Positions 55,333 through 64,000 of a stretch of DNA of 64,000 bases are shown one piece after another; within the stretch, counting starts at the first letter, position 1; the number at the start of each line of letters is the position of its first letter. The notes beneath the pieces are model-generated. The model was given only the letters and a program-made list of their open reading frames with translations, was not told the DNA's origin and made no database searches. The translations under genes were made by a program, and so were the position numbers. The stretch spans positions 547,666 through 611,665 of the forward strand of contig CAVRUW010000009.1 in assembly GCA_963724485.1 (NCBI GenBank). Reading direction: 5' to 3'. The DNA is from an uncultured Acidobacteriota bacterium. GTDB lineage: Bacteria; Acidobacteriota; Vicinamibacteria; Vicinamibacterales; UBA2999.

Positions 55333-58017
55333 CTACTCGGATCGGAGCGCCTGCAAAACATCCACGCGCGATGCGCGAACGGCAGGCATCATCGAGGCAA
55401 TGACCGCGGCGCTGACGAGCACAGCAGCCGCACCGATCACCGCCATGGCACCGGGTAGCTCCACGTTCTCGAAGTAGCTCGCGGCCACTTTGGCGAAGAC
55501 ATAGCCGCCCGCAATACCAGCGACCAGTCCGGCGACAACGATCGATGCGCCCTCGGACACGACCCGGAGCAACAGATGACGCGGTGCGGATCCAATCGCC
55601 AGCCGCACACCGAACTCACGCGTGCGTGCGCTCACACCGAACGCCAGTACACCAGCGACGCCGACGACTGCGATCAAGAGCGCGACACCGGCAAAGCCGG
55701 AGAACACAAAAGCGTTGAGCCGCTCGGGCGCCAGCACCTCAGCGCGGATGTCCTCCAGCGTCGCGACGCGCTCCACTGGCTGAGTCGCTGACATCTCATG
55801 AATGACGCGAGTGACGGGCTGAACCAGCAAGTACGGATCTCCCGATGCTCGCAGGAACATGCGGCCGGCGACGCCCATTTGCTGCACGGGGTGGTAGACC
55901 GCGAGCACGGCGCCCCGCGCGATGTTCTCGTCATCCACGTCCCCAACGACTCCGACGATGCGGCGGGGTTGTGGCTTGCCAAAATATGGGTCCGTCCACC
56001 ACATTTTTCGATTAAGGGCTTCGCCGTTGGGGAAGATGCGCTGCGCGACGCTCTGGCTCACGATTACGACGAGCTCAGCCCCGCGACGGTCATCGGCCGT
56101 GAAGTCTCGACCCGCTTGCAGCGGCACGCCGACGATATCGAAGAACCCGGGTCCGACCATGCGCATTCGGGCGAGCGGATTACCTTCGCCATCGGCGGGT
56201 GTGTAGCCCTCGGCGGCGAACGACGCGCCTGCACCGAAGCGGCCGGCATCTCGCCACGGCACGAAGCTTCCAAGCGCCACACCTTCCACGCCGGGCAACT
56301 CGTCGATACGGCGCGTCATCTCCTGGTAGAAAGCGATCTCCTTTGCCGTTCCTACACCGAGCGACGGAGTCGGCACATCGATCGCCAGAACATGCCGCAT
56401 GTCGTAGCCGGTGTTCGTCGTTTGAAGCGCAATGAGCGCGGCGATGAGCGTGCCTGCGCCGGCGAGCATCACGAACGAGAAGGCGATCTGAGTCATCGCG
56501 AACATTCGGAGGCGGCGATTGGTGCCCGGCGTGATCCTCAAGCTGCTACTGGCTAGTCCGAATCCCGTGGGTCCGCGATCGGCGGCGTTCCGGGTGGTCC
56601 ATCGCAGCCACGAACGGTTTGGCGCAGCGGCCTGCGTCGCGGGCAGTCGTGGGACATACGCCAGCAACACCGCCGCGGCAATCGCCAGGCCGGCGCCAAC
56701 CCAGAGCAGGCTGGCGTCAACGGTGACCTCGAGTGCGCGGACGGAGAAGCGGGCGGCGAAACGTGACACGACGGTGACCAGGGGACGCGCCAGCAGTACG
56801 CCGAGGACGGCACCAGCGCCACACAGCACCAGACTCTCTGCCAGCAGCGTTCGCCGGAGTGCGCCGGCACTGGCGCCAAGCGCAGCACGCACGGCCAACT
56901 CGCCCTCGCGGCGCACCGAGCGAGCCAGGATCAGGTTGGCAACGTTCGAACAGGCGATGACGAAAACCACCGCGGCCGCCGCAAGCAGCACGAGCAGTAT
57001 CGTTCGCGCCGGTGCGGCAATCTGATCGCGGAGCGGCTTGATCGTCACCTGCGAGTTGGCTTTGGCCAAGTACGACGCGGGGTGCTCTTGCTTCATCGCG
57101 GCATACACCGCGGTCAACTCCGCGCGCGCGGATTCAACTGAGGCATCGGGCGTCAGCCGCCCGAACAGCTCGGTCATCCGATGCGTCCGCTCGGTGACCA
57201 TCGTTGCGCCCAGATGATGCGGGCTGGTCACCATGTTCGCGATGATCTCCGTGTCGGCTGGATACGGCACGGAAGGCTCGAGCACGCCGACGACGGTCGC
57301 GGTGCGCGGCCCCAGTTGGATCGTCTTGCCGATCACCGTCGGATCGCTGCTCAGTGACGTCGACCAGAAGCGGTACGTCAGCACGGCGGCCCCGGCAGCC
57401 TTAGCGCCATCGTCGGAGGGGCTCAGGAGGCGGCCCAACACAGGGCGCAGGCCCATGACGTCGAAGTACGAACCATCAACGACACCGGCCTGGACGACGC
57501 GCGGTTCGCCGAACCCGATCATCGTGAATTCGACGGTCGAGAACTCGCCGAACGCGCCAATCGTGGTCGCGCGTGAGCGAAAGTCCTTGATCTCCGGAAC
57601 CGAGAACGTCCAGTTCGCGGCGCCGATGCCCGGCGCGCTCTGCCGGATGTAGATCAGGCGATCTTCACCGCGATTGACCAGCGGGCGAAGAAGGACGCCG
57701 CGGACGACGCTGAAAATCGCGGCGTTGGCGCCGATTCCGAGAGCCAGTGTGACAACGACTGTGGCAGCCAGGCCTTTGGCCCGCAGCAGCGAGCGCAGGC
57801 CAACGCGCAGGTCCTGCCCCAGCGCTTCGGCGGCGTCATACCATCGGCTATACCAGACCCGTCGCATCGACTCGCGTGCGTGAGGGATGTAGCCGAATTC
57901 CCTCAGCGCGGCCAGGCGAGCGGATTCTGGATCCTCCCCCCGATCGATTCGTTCCTTGATGCTGATGGCCAGGTGGCCTCGGATTTCTTCGTCGAAGGCG
58001 CGTTCATCAGGGCGCAT
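55333..58017 (-). CDS. MacB/FtsX-type duplicated permease (ADOP family), intact
   Basis: 894 aa. N-terminal cytoplasmic extension MRPDERAFDEEIRGHLAISIKERIDRGEDPESARLAALREFG typical of PadR-linked ADOPs. Two FtsX blocks. C-terminus ...MPAVRASRVDVLQALRSE. Starts 4 nt after the PadR stop. Confidence 0.9.
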   Translation of the reverse strand: MRPDERAFDEEIRGHLAISIKERIDRGEDPESARLAALREFGYIPHARESMRRVWYSRWYDAAEALGQDLRVGLRSLLRAKGLAATVVVTLALGIGANAAIFSVVRGVLLRPLVNRGEDRLIYIRQSAPGIGAANWTFSVPEIKDFRSRATTIGAFGEFSTVEFTMIGFGEPRVVQAGVVDGSYFDVMGLRPVLGRLLSPSDDGAKAAGAAVLTYRFWSTSLSSDPTVIGKTIQLGPRTATVVGVLEPSVPYPADTEIIANMVTSPHHLGATMVTERTHRMTELFGRLTPDASVESARAELTAVYAAMKQEHPASYLAKANSQVTIKPLRDQIAAPARTILLVLLAAAAVVFVIACSNVANLILARSVRREGELAVRAALGASAGALRRTLLAESLVLCGAGAVLGVLLARPLVTVVSRFAARFSVRALEVTVDASLLWVGAGLAIAAAVLLAYVPRLPATQAAAPNRSWLRWTTRNAADRGPTGFGLASSSLRITPGTNRRLRMFAMTQIAFSFVMLAGAGTLIAALIALQTTNTGYDMRHVLAIDVPTPSLGVGTAKEIAFYQEMTRRIDELPGVEGVALGSFVPWRDAGRFGAGASFAAEGYTPADGEGNPLARMRMVGPGFFDIVGVPLQAGRDFTADDRRGAELVVIVSQSVAQRIFPNGEALNRKMWWTDPYFGKPQPRRIVGVVGDVDDENIARGAVLAVYHPVQQMGVAGRMFLRASGDPYLLVQPVTRVIHEMSATQPVERVATLEDIRAEVLAPERLNAFVFSGFAGVALLIAVVGVAGVLAFGVSARTREFGVRLAIGSAPRHLLLRVVSEGASIVVAGLVAGIAGGYVFAKVAASYFENVELPGAMAVIGAAAVLVSAAVIASMMPAVRASRVDVLQALRSE

Positions 58018-58020
58018 CGG

Positions 58021-58380
58021 CTACTCCTTGCTTGCCGCCGCCGGATTCATGATGCGGCCGATCGCGTGCACGAGTTGCGACCAGCGATCCTGCTCGCGCG
58101 AGAGTTGAGCCTTGCCGGCGGCTGTCAGCTGGTAGTACTTCGCGCGCTGATTGGCCTCGCTCACACCCCACTCGGATTTCAACCATCCGTGTTTCTCGAG
58201 GCGGTGCAATGCGGGGTAGAGGGAACCGGTTTCGACTCGGAGGAGATCGTCAGACTGCGACCGAATGGTCTGGCCGATGCCATGGCCGTGCTGAGGTCCC
58301 CATACGAGGGTCCGAAGAATGAGCATGTCGAGCGTGCCTTGAAGCAATTCAAGGCGCGGAGCGTCCGGCGTCTTGGCCAT
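58021..58380 (-). CDS. PadR-family transcriptional regulator
   Basis: LLQGTLDMLILRTLVWGPQHGHGIGQTIRSQSDDLLRVETGSLYPALHRLEKHGWLKSEWGVSEANQRAKYYQLTAAGK. Confidence 0.9.
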   Translation of the reverse strand: MAKTPDAPRLELLQGTLDMLILRTLVWGPQHGHGIGQTIRSQSDDLLRVETGSLYPALHRLEKHGWLKSEWGVSEANQRAKYYQLTAAGKAQLSREQDRWSQLVHAIGRIMNPAAASKE

Positions 58381-58384
58381 AGTT

Positions 58385-58419
58385 GTAGAAGGTCTACGGC
58401 TTAGACGTAGATGCTCTAC
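58385..58419. promoter_or_regulatory. Two copies of a 13-bp palindrome, candidate PadR operators
   Basis: GTAGAaggTCTAC (58385-58397) and GTAGAtgcTCTAC (58407-58419). Centres are 22 bp apart. They begin 5 nt upstream of the padR-family start codon. Confidence 0.5.
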
Positions 58420-58569
58420 TACTTGTTCGAGGGGCCCTGCACCTGCGAAAAGCGGCGTGATTTGTCGTTATTTAGCAGTTCTGCACGGTCTTTCATTGAC
58501 CCTACGGCTGAGGTAGCGCATACTCCCGCCTTCGCCCAGTCAATCGAAAACTTCGAGAGGAGCCGCTCT

Positions 58570-59241
58570 ATGAAAGCGTTGAAGGCACTGTTTGTGTTCT
58601 CGCTCGTTCTGTCGTGGTCTGGTTCGGTGTTAGCCCAGGATCCCGTGAAAGTGGATGCCACTCACTACAAGGTAATTCTCGAGAACGCCAGTGTCCGGGT
58701 CTTGAAGATCGACTATGCGCCTGGAAGCAAGAGTGTGATGCATCAGCACCCCGATGCGATTGTGGTTCCGCTGACGGCCTCGAAAGTTCAGTTCTCGATG
58801 CCGGATGGGAAATCTGAGACACAGGAATTGCCCGTGGATGGCGCCTTATACACGCCTGCCGCCACCCACTCTCCAGCCAACGTCGGCTCGACTCGGGTGG
58901 ATGCGATCCTCGTCGAGTTCAAGGCAGCCGCACCTGGTAAGGCGACGATCCCAACCTCGCGCGATGGGCTCACGATGAAGCCGCTGGCCGAAGGACCTCG
59001 AGCGACAGCGACGCGGACGACAGTCGGTCCCAAGTTCACGGAACCCGCCGGCACGAAGCACGACTACGACCAGGTGATCATCGCGCTGCAGCCTGGCCAG
59101 GTTTCGCTGTCGATCGATGGCAAGCCGGCGAAGACGACATGGGCGCGCGGCGACGTCCAGTTCATCGGGCGCGGCACGGGTCACGAGACGAACAACACCA
59201 GCGGTAAGCCGGTAGATCTCGTGATCGTTGCGATCAAGTAG
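58570..59241 (+). CDS. Secreted bicupin-like protein
   Basis: GAGAGGAG SD, ATG at 58570, signal peptide MKALKALFVFSLVLSWSGSVLAQ. Two cupin-like halves (…APGSKSVMHQHPDAIVVPL… and …GDVQFIGRGTGHETNNT…). Confidence 0.6.
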   Translation: MKALKALFVFSLVLSWSGSVLAQDPVKVDATHYKVILENASVRVLKIDYAPGSKSVMHQHPDAIVVPLTASKVQFSMPDGKSETQELPVDGALYTPAATHSPANVGSTRVDAILVEFKAAAPGKATIPTSRDGLTMKPLAEGPRATATRTTVGPKFTEPAGTKHDYDQVIIALQPGQVSLSIDGKPAKTTWARGDVQFIGRGTGHETNNTSGKPVDLVIVAIK

Positions 59242-59255
59242 GCTCACACGACAGG

Positions 59256-59288
59256 ACGCGGGGCGGGCCAGGTCCGCCTCGCGTTTTG
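59256..59288 (+). terminator. Rho-independent terminator after the cupin gene
   Basis: ACGCGGGGCGG-gccaggt-CCGCCTCGCGT gives an 11-bp stem (one G-U pair) with a 7-nt loop, followed by TTTTG. Confidence 0.55.
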
Positions 59289-59294
59289 ATGTCT

Positions 59295-60173
59295 TCAGCG
59301 TCCGCCATTCCCTCTCCCGTACGCTCTCCAATCGAAGCTGCGGAAGTCCGAGTAGGTCGCCTGCGCGGTGACGACATCATCGCCCTTGCGCCTGGGATTG
59401 TCGTAGCGCTCGCGCATCTCGAACGGTAGGCGGAAGCCGAGTGACGGCTCCAACCGATAGTTCACCGTGATGGTTGCGCGGGCCGGCAAATTTCGGGTGC
59501 CTCCGAGAACCATCTCCGAGCGAACGACGACGCCAGTCGTTGGATCCACCCAGAATCTTCCCTGCGCGGGGATATCGGTTCCATCCGGCTTTCCACTGAA
59601 CGTAGGACCCTTTGTCTCCCGGAACGCGACGATCCACGTTGTGGTGTTTCCGACGAGTTCCTCTCCGCTCTTGCTGAATTCAATTCGCTTGCGGTGTGCC
59701 GGCCGCAGAACGCGGAGCGCAAACGTCGGCAGATTGACCGTGCGATAGTACAACTCGCCGCCAAGATTGAAGGTGGTGGCGTCCTCCGCCATTCTCATGG
59801 CTCGTTCACCGAGTTGTTGCCGCGGTCCCGCAAAGAGAGCCTTGAGCCGGGCGCCGCGATCGCCAGCCGGGATGCCATCGACATCATAGACATCACGGAG
59901 CGCAACCCAGTCTTCGTCTGGAAGCTGCACGAGCAAATAGTCCGAGAGGAGCGTCCGTTCAGCCTGAGGGGTTCCCCTTCCGTCGAGTAGCTGCTGGAAG
60001 TAGCGTTCGTGAGCGATCACCGTCGAGAGCTCGTGGTCCTCATAGACGGTCACGTATTCGTGGACCCGCCGCATGACCTCGGCGAAGGTCGGCGATTGTG
60101 CTGTGGAGGTGCTTGCGGCCAGTAGCGTCGCGAGCGAAAGCACGAAACACAAAACTCGACCGTGCGACACCAT
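59295..60173 (-). CDS. Secreted hypothetical protein
   Basis: Signal peptide ...VLSLATLLAASTSTAQS. 292 aa with good GC3. No recognisable motif. Lies immediately downstream of the large kinase gene. Confidence 0.6.
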   Translation of the reverse strand: MVSHGRVLCFVLSLATLLAASTSTAQSPTFAEVMRRVHEYVTVYEDHELSTVIAHERYFQQLLDGRGTPQAERTLLSDYLLVQLPDEDWVALRDVYDVDGIPAGDRGARLKALFAGPRQQLGERAMRMAEDATTFNLGGELYYRTVNLPTFALRVLRPAHRKRIEFSKSGEELVGNTTTWIVAFRETKGPTFSGKPDGTDIPAQGRFWVDPTTGVVVRSEMVLGGTRNLPARATITVNYRLEPSLGFRLPFEMRERYDNPRRKGDDVVTAQATYSDFRSFDWRAYGRGNGGR

Positions 60174-60212
60174 TCGACTCCGATCGCGAGTCTAGCATCG
60201 CGGCTGCGATCG

Positions 60213-63200
60213 TCAGCTGTTCCTCGGGCTCGATGCCAGCAAGCGCGCCTGCCGAACTCCGTCAAGGATGTGCTCGAGATCCTCAGCGTCCCACGTCCAC
60301 GATGCGAAGATGCGCCGGACAGTTTCGTCATCGGTGGCCACGCCCAGGCGTGCCAACGCATCGAGGGCAGCCCGGGCTTCGTCGCGAAGACCGAGATGGG
60401 CAGCGGCTGCTGCGATGTGGAAATGCAGCTTGGGAAAGAGCGGCATGTTGACTTGCTTGACGTATCGCAACGATTCGGCGTACTCGCGACGTCGGAAGTG
60501 GTAGGTGGCGAAGGGAAAGTGCAGCCATCCTGGATAGTGCGGGTTCGGCCGCATGGCTTGGCGAATGATTTCGAGGCCGCGCTCCCAGTCGCCCGCATGA
60601 GTCAGCAGCATGCCGCACGCAGCCACCGTGGCCGTATTCAACGGGTTGATCGCGATCGCCTTTTCCGTTGCGGCATGGACCGTTCCGGCGTCACGGCTGA
60701 AGAACGCCACGCTTGCCGTTGCGCGCCACGCTTCCTGACTGACCGGGTTCAACGTCGTCGCCCGTTCCGCGGCGGTGCGCGCGCGATCGAGCGAATGCGG
60801 CAGCGGATTCAGTTCGTGCGAGTGCTCGTGTTCGAACAAACTCGAGAGGCATGCCCATCCATCGGCATGGCCAGGCTCTCGCTCGAGGGCCGCAGTGAAG
60901 CCGGCGCGAAGCGCCGCGTGCTCGGCGGGGTCGAAATGCTCGCGATACGCGTGAAATCGGATGACCAATTCCGACACATCGAGATCTGTCAAAGGCCGTT
61001 GCTTGAGCGATGCCGCCATCGATCGCATGAGCACACCGTTGACGTCGGCCACGGTCGCGACAATTCTCGAGGCAACGGCTTCGTCAGTCGGCTCCGCGTT
61101 CTTCGAGGGCGGAACAATGCCGCGGCCTTGCATGCGGTTGCGCACTCGTTTGCGAAGGCTGGTTGCGAGGGATTGGTCGTAACTGTCGGCCCACAGTTGT
61201 GCGCCGGTCGAGCCGTCGACCAATCGCGCGGTTACTCGCAAAGTGGTGACGTCGCGTCGAACGCTGCCTTCGAGCCGATATCGTGCCGCCGCTGGACGAA
61301 CCTTATCCGCGTCCTGACTGGGCAACACCACGCGCAGATAGGAGAAGCGCGAAAGTCCTGTCGTGACATCGTCGGTGAGGGCCTGGGCGAAGGCGTCGTC
61401 ACTTTTCGTGCCGCGGGCGGTGAAGGGTACGACCGTGAGCGACAAGTCTTGTCGGTCGGGCCGAGCATCGCTCTTGGGCCGAAGGTCGCTGCCTGACGAC
61501 GACCGCTTACTGGTCGAAGCGGCGGTGCCGCGAAGCGCAACGGCTCTACGGTAACCCTCGACCATGTGGTCGGCGTCCGTGGCCTTCCATTTCCAGACTC
61601 GCGACGCCGTGATCATCGTTTCCTCATCGGCAAACTCGGGCGCCAGCGAGAAGACCGTGTCGAGCGCGCTTGCGGCTTCGCTTGCCAGCCCGAGCTGGCC
61701 CGCCGCCATCGCCATCTGCAAGTGCGCCCACAAGTGCTGGGGCATGTTGATGCGCTTGACGGCCCGGAGGGCGCCTTCGTAGTCACGCAGAACGTAGCAG
61801 CGATTCGCGATCGCGAAGTGGTACCAACCGGGATGATCAGGGTTGATCGCCATGGCCCGCGTGGCGAGCGCTTCGCCGCGGTCGTAGTCGCCGGCGTGCA
61901 CCGACAGTGCGCCCATCAACGCCATCGCGTTGGCGTTCCTGGGGTTGAGTGCCGACACCCTTTCCACGGCATGCGAGAAACCGTCGCGGTCGTGCTCGAA
62001 GAAGTAACTGAACGCAAGAGCCTCCCACGCGTGCTGGTTCATCGAATCGATCTCCAGCGATCGCTCGACGGCCCGACGTGCGCGAGCGAGCGGCTCGGGA
62101 CGCGTGTTGAAGTGAAATCCGTATTCGTGCAGATACAGGTGCGCGAGCCCAGCCCAGAACGGTGCGACCCCAGGCTGTTGTTCCACGAGTTGCTCGAAGC
62201 GGTCGCGCAACAAGCCATGCTCAACCGGCGCGTGTTGACGATGGTAGGACCAGTATCGAAAGCGCAGTTCCTCGATGCTCAGGTCGGCGAACGGCCGCGC
62301 GCTGACGCCGAGGCTGAGCGAGCGCATCAGCGCCCCGTGAACATCCGCGACGGTCGCGACGATCCGATCCGTCAAGTCGTCTTGAATCGCGAGCAGCGTG
62401 TCGGGTTGCAGAGCGTGGGTGTATGTCTGGCTCCAGAGCTGCGCCCCGGTGCTGGCGTCGATCAATCGGGCTGAAATACGCACGCTCTGTCCCGCTTGGC
62501 GAATTCCGCCCTCGATGAGATACCGGGCGCCCAACGCTTGACCAATCTGGCGCGGATCCGCGGTGGCCGCGTTGTGCTGGCGAGCCGACTGAGCGGTCAC
62601 GACCGACAAATAGCCAAAAAGTGCGAGGCCGGCCGTGACGTCTTCGGTCAACCCTTCCGCCAATGCCGTGACCTCGTCATCAGCGCGACTGGCGGTGAAC
62701 GGCAACACGGCGATCCATCGTGAATCGAACGCCGGCAGCCCCCCACTCGTCACGACAACGGCCGGGGCTGGCCGGGCAGCCGTGCGCTGACCGGTCGACT
62801 CCGATTGTCGCTGTACGTGGCGCAGCTCGTTGAAGACGTCGCGCGCCGTCTGCACGCGATCCTCCGGCTGCTTTTCGAGGCAACGATCGATCAGCCGGCT
62901 GAGTGCGTCTGGCACTTCCGGTCGCAGCGCGCTCGCCGCCCGCGGAGAATCTCGAAGGATCGAGGACATGATCTGCGCCGACGAATCCCCGGAGAAGGGA
63001 CGCGAGCCGGTCAGCATCTCGTAGAACATCACCCCGAGTGAAAACACATCGGTCCGATGATCGAGCGGCTTTCCTTCGACTTGTTCGGGCGACATGTATG
63101 GCATCGTGCCGATCACCATCCCGGGTGTCGTTACCTGGGGCGAGGTCACCATGTCCGCCGGACCAAACACCGAGCCCTGTTGAGTGGCCAGTCCGAAGTC

Positions 63201-63650
63201 GAGCACCTTCACCCGGCCGTCACGCCCCAGCATCACGTTCGCCGGCTTGAGGTCGCGATGCGTGATCTGCTTCTCATGCGCCGCCTGGAGCGCGTCGGCG
63301 AGCGGGATCGCCAGTTCCAGGAACCTCGCAATGGGCAGGCCGGTGGAGGGAATCAGCGCATCGAGTGCCTGGCCCTCGACCAGCTCCATCGTGAAGAACT
63401 TGAGACCGTCGGCCTCTTCAGTCGAATAGATCGTGACGATGTGAGGGTGATTGAGGGCAGCGATAGCACGGGCTTCGCGCGTGAAGCGTTCATGTCGCGA
63501 ACGGTCACCAGACATCTCGGGGGGGAGGACTTTGAGCGCAACATCACGACCGAGTCGAGGATCGTGAGCTCGATAGACTTCACCCATTCCGCCTGTTCCG
63601 AGCGAACTCGTGATCTCGTACGGCCCAAGTCGTGTCCCCGGGGTCAACAT
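60213..63650 (-). CDS. Hanks-type Ser/Thr protein kinase with a tandemly duplicated sensor module (TolB-N-like region + TPR), 1145 aa
   Basis: GTGGMGEVYRA, VALKVL, HRDLKPANVML, DFGLA, GTMPYMSPE. Module 1 IAVLPFTASRADDEV...RIVATVADVHGALMRS...AMAINPDHPGWYHF.... Module 2 LTVVPFTARGTKSDD...RIVATVADVNGVLMRS...AMRPNPHYPGWLHF.... Confidence 0.9.
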   Translation of the reverse strand: MLTPGTRLGPYEITSSLGTGGMGEVYRAHDPRLGRDVALKVLPPEMSGDRSRHERFTREARAIAALNHPHIVTIYSTEEADGLKFFTMELVEGQALDALIPSTGLPIARFLELAIPLADALQAAHEKQITHRDLKPANVMLGRDGRVKVLDFGLATQQGSVFGPADMVTSPQVTTPGMVIGTMPYMSPEQVEGKPLDHRTDVFSLGVMFYEMLTGSRPFSGDSSAQIMSSILRDSPRAASALRPEVPDALSRLIDRCLEKQPEDRVQTARDVFNELRHVQRQSESTGQRTAARPAPAVVVTSGGLPAFDSRWIAVLPFTASRADDEVTALAEGLTEDVTAGLALFGYLSVVTAQSARQHNAATADPRQIGQALGARYLIEGGIRQAGQSVRISARLIDASTGAQLWSQTYTHALQPDTLLAIQDDLTDRIVATVADVHGALMRSLSLGVSARPFADLSIEELRFRYWSYHRQHAPVEHGLLRDRFEQLVEQQPGVAPFWAGLAHLYLHEYGFHFNTRPEPLARARRAVERSLEIDSMNQHAWEALAFSYFFEHDRDGFSHAVERVSALNPRNANAMALMGALSVHAGDYDRGEALATRAMAINPDHPGWYHFAIANRCYVLRDYEGALRAVKRINMPQHLWAHLQMAMAAGQLGLASEAASALDTVFSLAPEFADEETMITASRVWKWKATDADHMVEGYRRAVALRGTAASTSKRSSSGSDLRPKSDARPDRQDLSLTVVPFTARGTKSDDAFAQALTDDVTTGLSRFSYLRVVLPSQDADKVRPAAARYRLEGSVRRDVTTLRVTARLVDGSTGAQLWADSYDQSLATSLRKRVRNRMQGRGIVPPSKNAEPTDEAVASRIVATVADVNGVLMRSMAASLKQRPLTDLDVSELVIRFHAYREHFDPAEHAALRAGFTAALEREPGHADGWACLSSLFEHEHSHELNPLPHSLDRARTAAERATTLNPVSQEAWRATASVAFFSRDAGTVHAATEKAIAINPLNTATVAACGMLLTHAGDWERGLEIIRQAMRPNPHYPGWLHFPFATYHFRRREYAESLRYVKQVNMPLFPKLHFHIAAAAAHLGLRDEARAALDALARLGVATDDETVRRIFASWTWDAEDLEHILDGVRQARLLASSPRNS

Positions 63651-63728
63651 GGTGAGAGCGCCGAATTATAGCTAGCGAGGCTGCTCCTGGGGTGACCCGC
63701 AGTCGGAGAACGACCTAATATCTCCGCC

Positions 63729-64000
63729 ATGCCGCAACGTCTCACGTCCGTGACCATGGTCCTGGTGGCAGTTTCAATCGCGTGCGCCACTCCCGCCCCG
63801 GCCCCATCGCCACGGCAATTCGAACTGATCGAAGCCACCATTCCCCAAATGCAGGAAGCCATGGCCGCGGGCCGGCTCACCTCTCATCAGCTCGTCGAGA
63901 TGTATCTCGCTCGTCTAGGGATGTATCAGCAAACCCTGAAGGCGGCGATCTATGTGAATGCCAATGCGCTGAAAGAAGCCGATGAGCGCGATCGTGAACG
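63729..64000 (+). CDS. Amidase-signature family enzyme, N-terminal fragment (runs off the window)
   Basis: ATG at 63729. Lipoprotein-like VAVSIAC. IEATIPQMQEAMAAGRLTSHQLVEMYLARLGMY... matches the usual amidase N-terminus. Not in the ORF track because there is no stop within the window. Confidence 0.6.
   Translation, partial: MPQRLTSVTMVLVAVSIACATPAPAPSPRQFELIEATIPQMQEAMAAGRLTSHQLVEMYLARLGMYQQTLKAAIYVNANALKEADERDRE

Noticed and set aside
54186-55477. 391-aa minus-strand and 413-aa plus-strand ORFs spanning the small membrane-protein genes
   Set aside because: Both give Arg/His/Asp-rich nonsense. The alternative minus-strand frame gives clean TM-helix paralogues with conserved motifs (HILAG…KGATLHR).
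1-64000. Search for tRNA/rRNA genes, CRISPR repeats, transposases/integrases, and phage or plasmid modules
   Set aside because: I saw no cloverleaf-like or rRNA-like conserved segments and no regularly spaced direct repeats longer than the 7- and 9-mers reported. No recombinase, transposase or phage structural motifs appear in any frame. GC content and codon usage look uniform, so there is no evidence for a mobile island.

Overview
GC-rich chromosomal segment with strong GC3 codon skew. The gene repertoire looks like a soil Acidobacteriota-type genome: three MacB/FtsX 'ADOP'-like duplicated permeases (one with a PadR partner), TonB-dependent receptors with carboxypeptidase-regulatory-like N-termini, and Hanks kinases with TPR tails. 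I can support about 50 protein-coding genes. I found no tRNA/rRNA, no CRISPR array and no transposase or integrase. Gene order: (1) TonB-dependent receptor plus FbpC/A/B-type Fe(3+) ABC importer, 45-6272. (2) Frameshifted ADOP permease. (3) TlpA-like thiol:disulfide oxidoreductase coupled to a stand-alone DsbD-N-like domain. (4) Three-domain aldo/keto-reductase / PNKP-type polynucleotide kinase / degenerate HAD-phosphatase fusion, followed by a dNK-like P-loop kinase. (5) Translationally coupled FecR-OmpA-CHASE2/HD-GYP module. (6) Heavily frameshifted secreted-protein gene. (7) GT-C / GT2 / methyltransferase glycan cluster. (8) Miscellaneous enzymes and regulators. (9) Peptide-scavenging cluster: M24 aminopeptidase, TonB-dependent receptor, S9 peptidase. 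(10) DoxX-like and SigJ-like ECF sigma genes that abut head-to-head with both 5' ends missing. (11) Metallophosphoesterase, a kinase-like membrane protein and a Ser/Thr kinase. (12) An RHH - NUDIX - CYTH/CHAD - ParA-like operon, which I rate the best candidate for an undescribed system (polyphosphate-granule or cargo positioning; hypothesis only). (13) PadR-ADOP operon with paired palindromic operators. (14) A 1145-aa kinase with an internally duplicated sensor module. A window-wide oddity is about 14 single-nucleotide frame disruptions in otherwise recognisable genes. These are either homopolymer-type sequencing errors or real gene decay. All homology statements come from motif and family recognition by eye; no searches were run.
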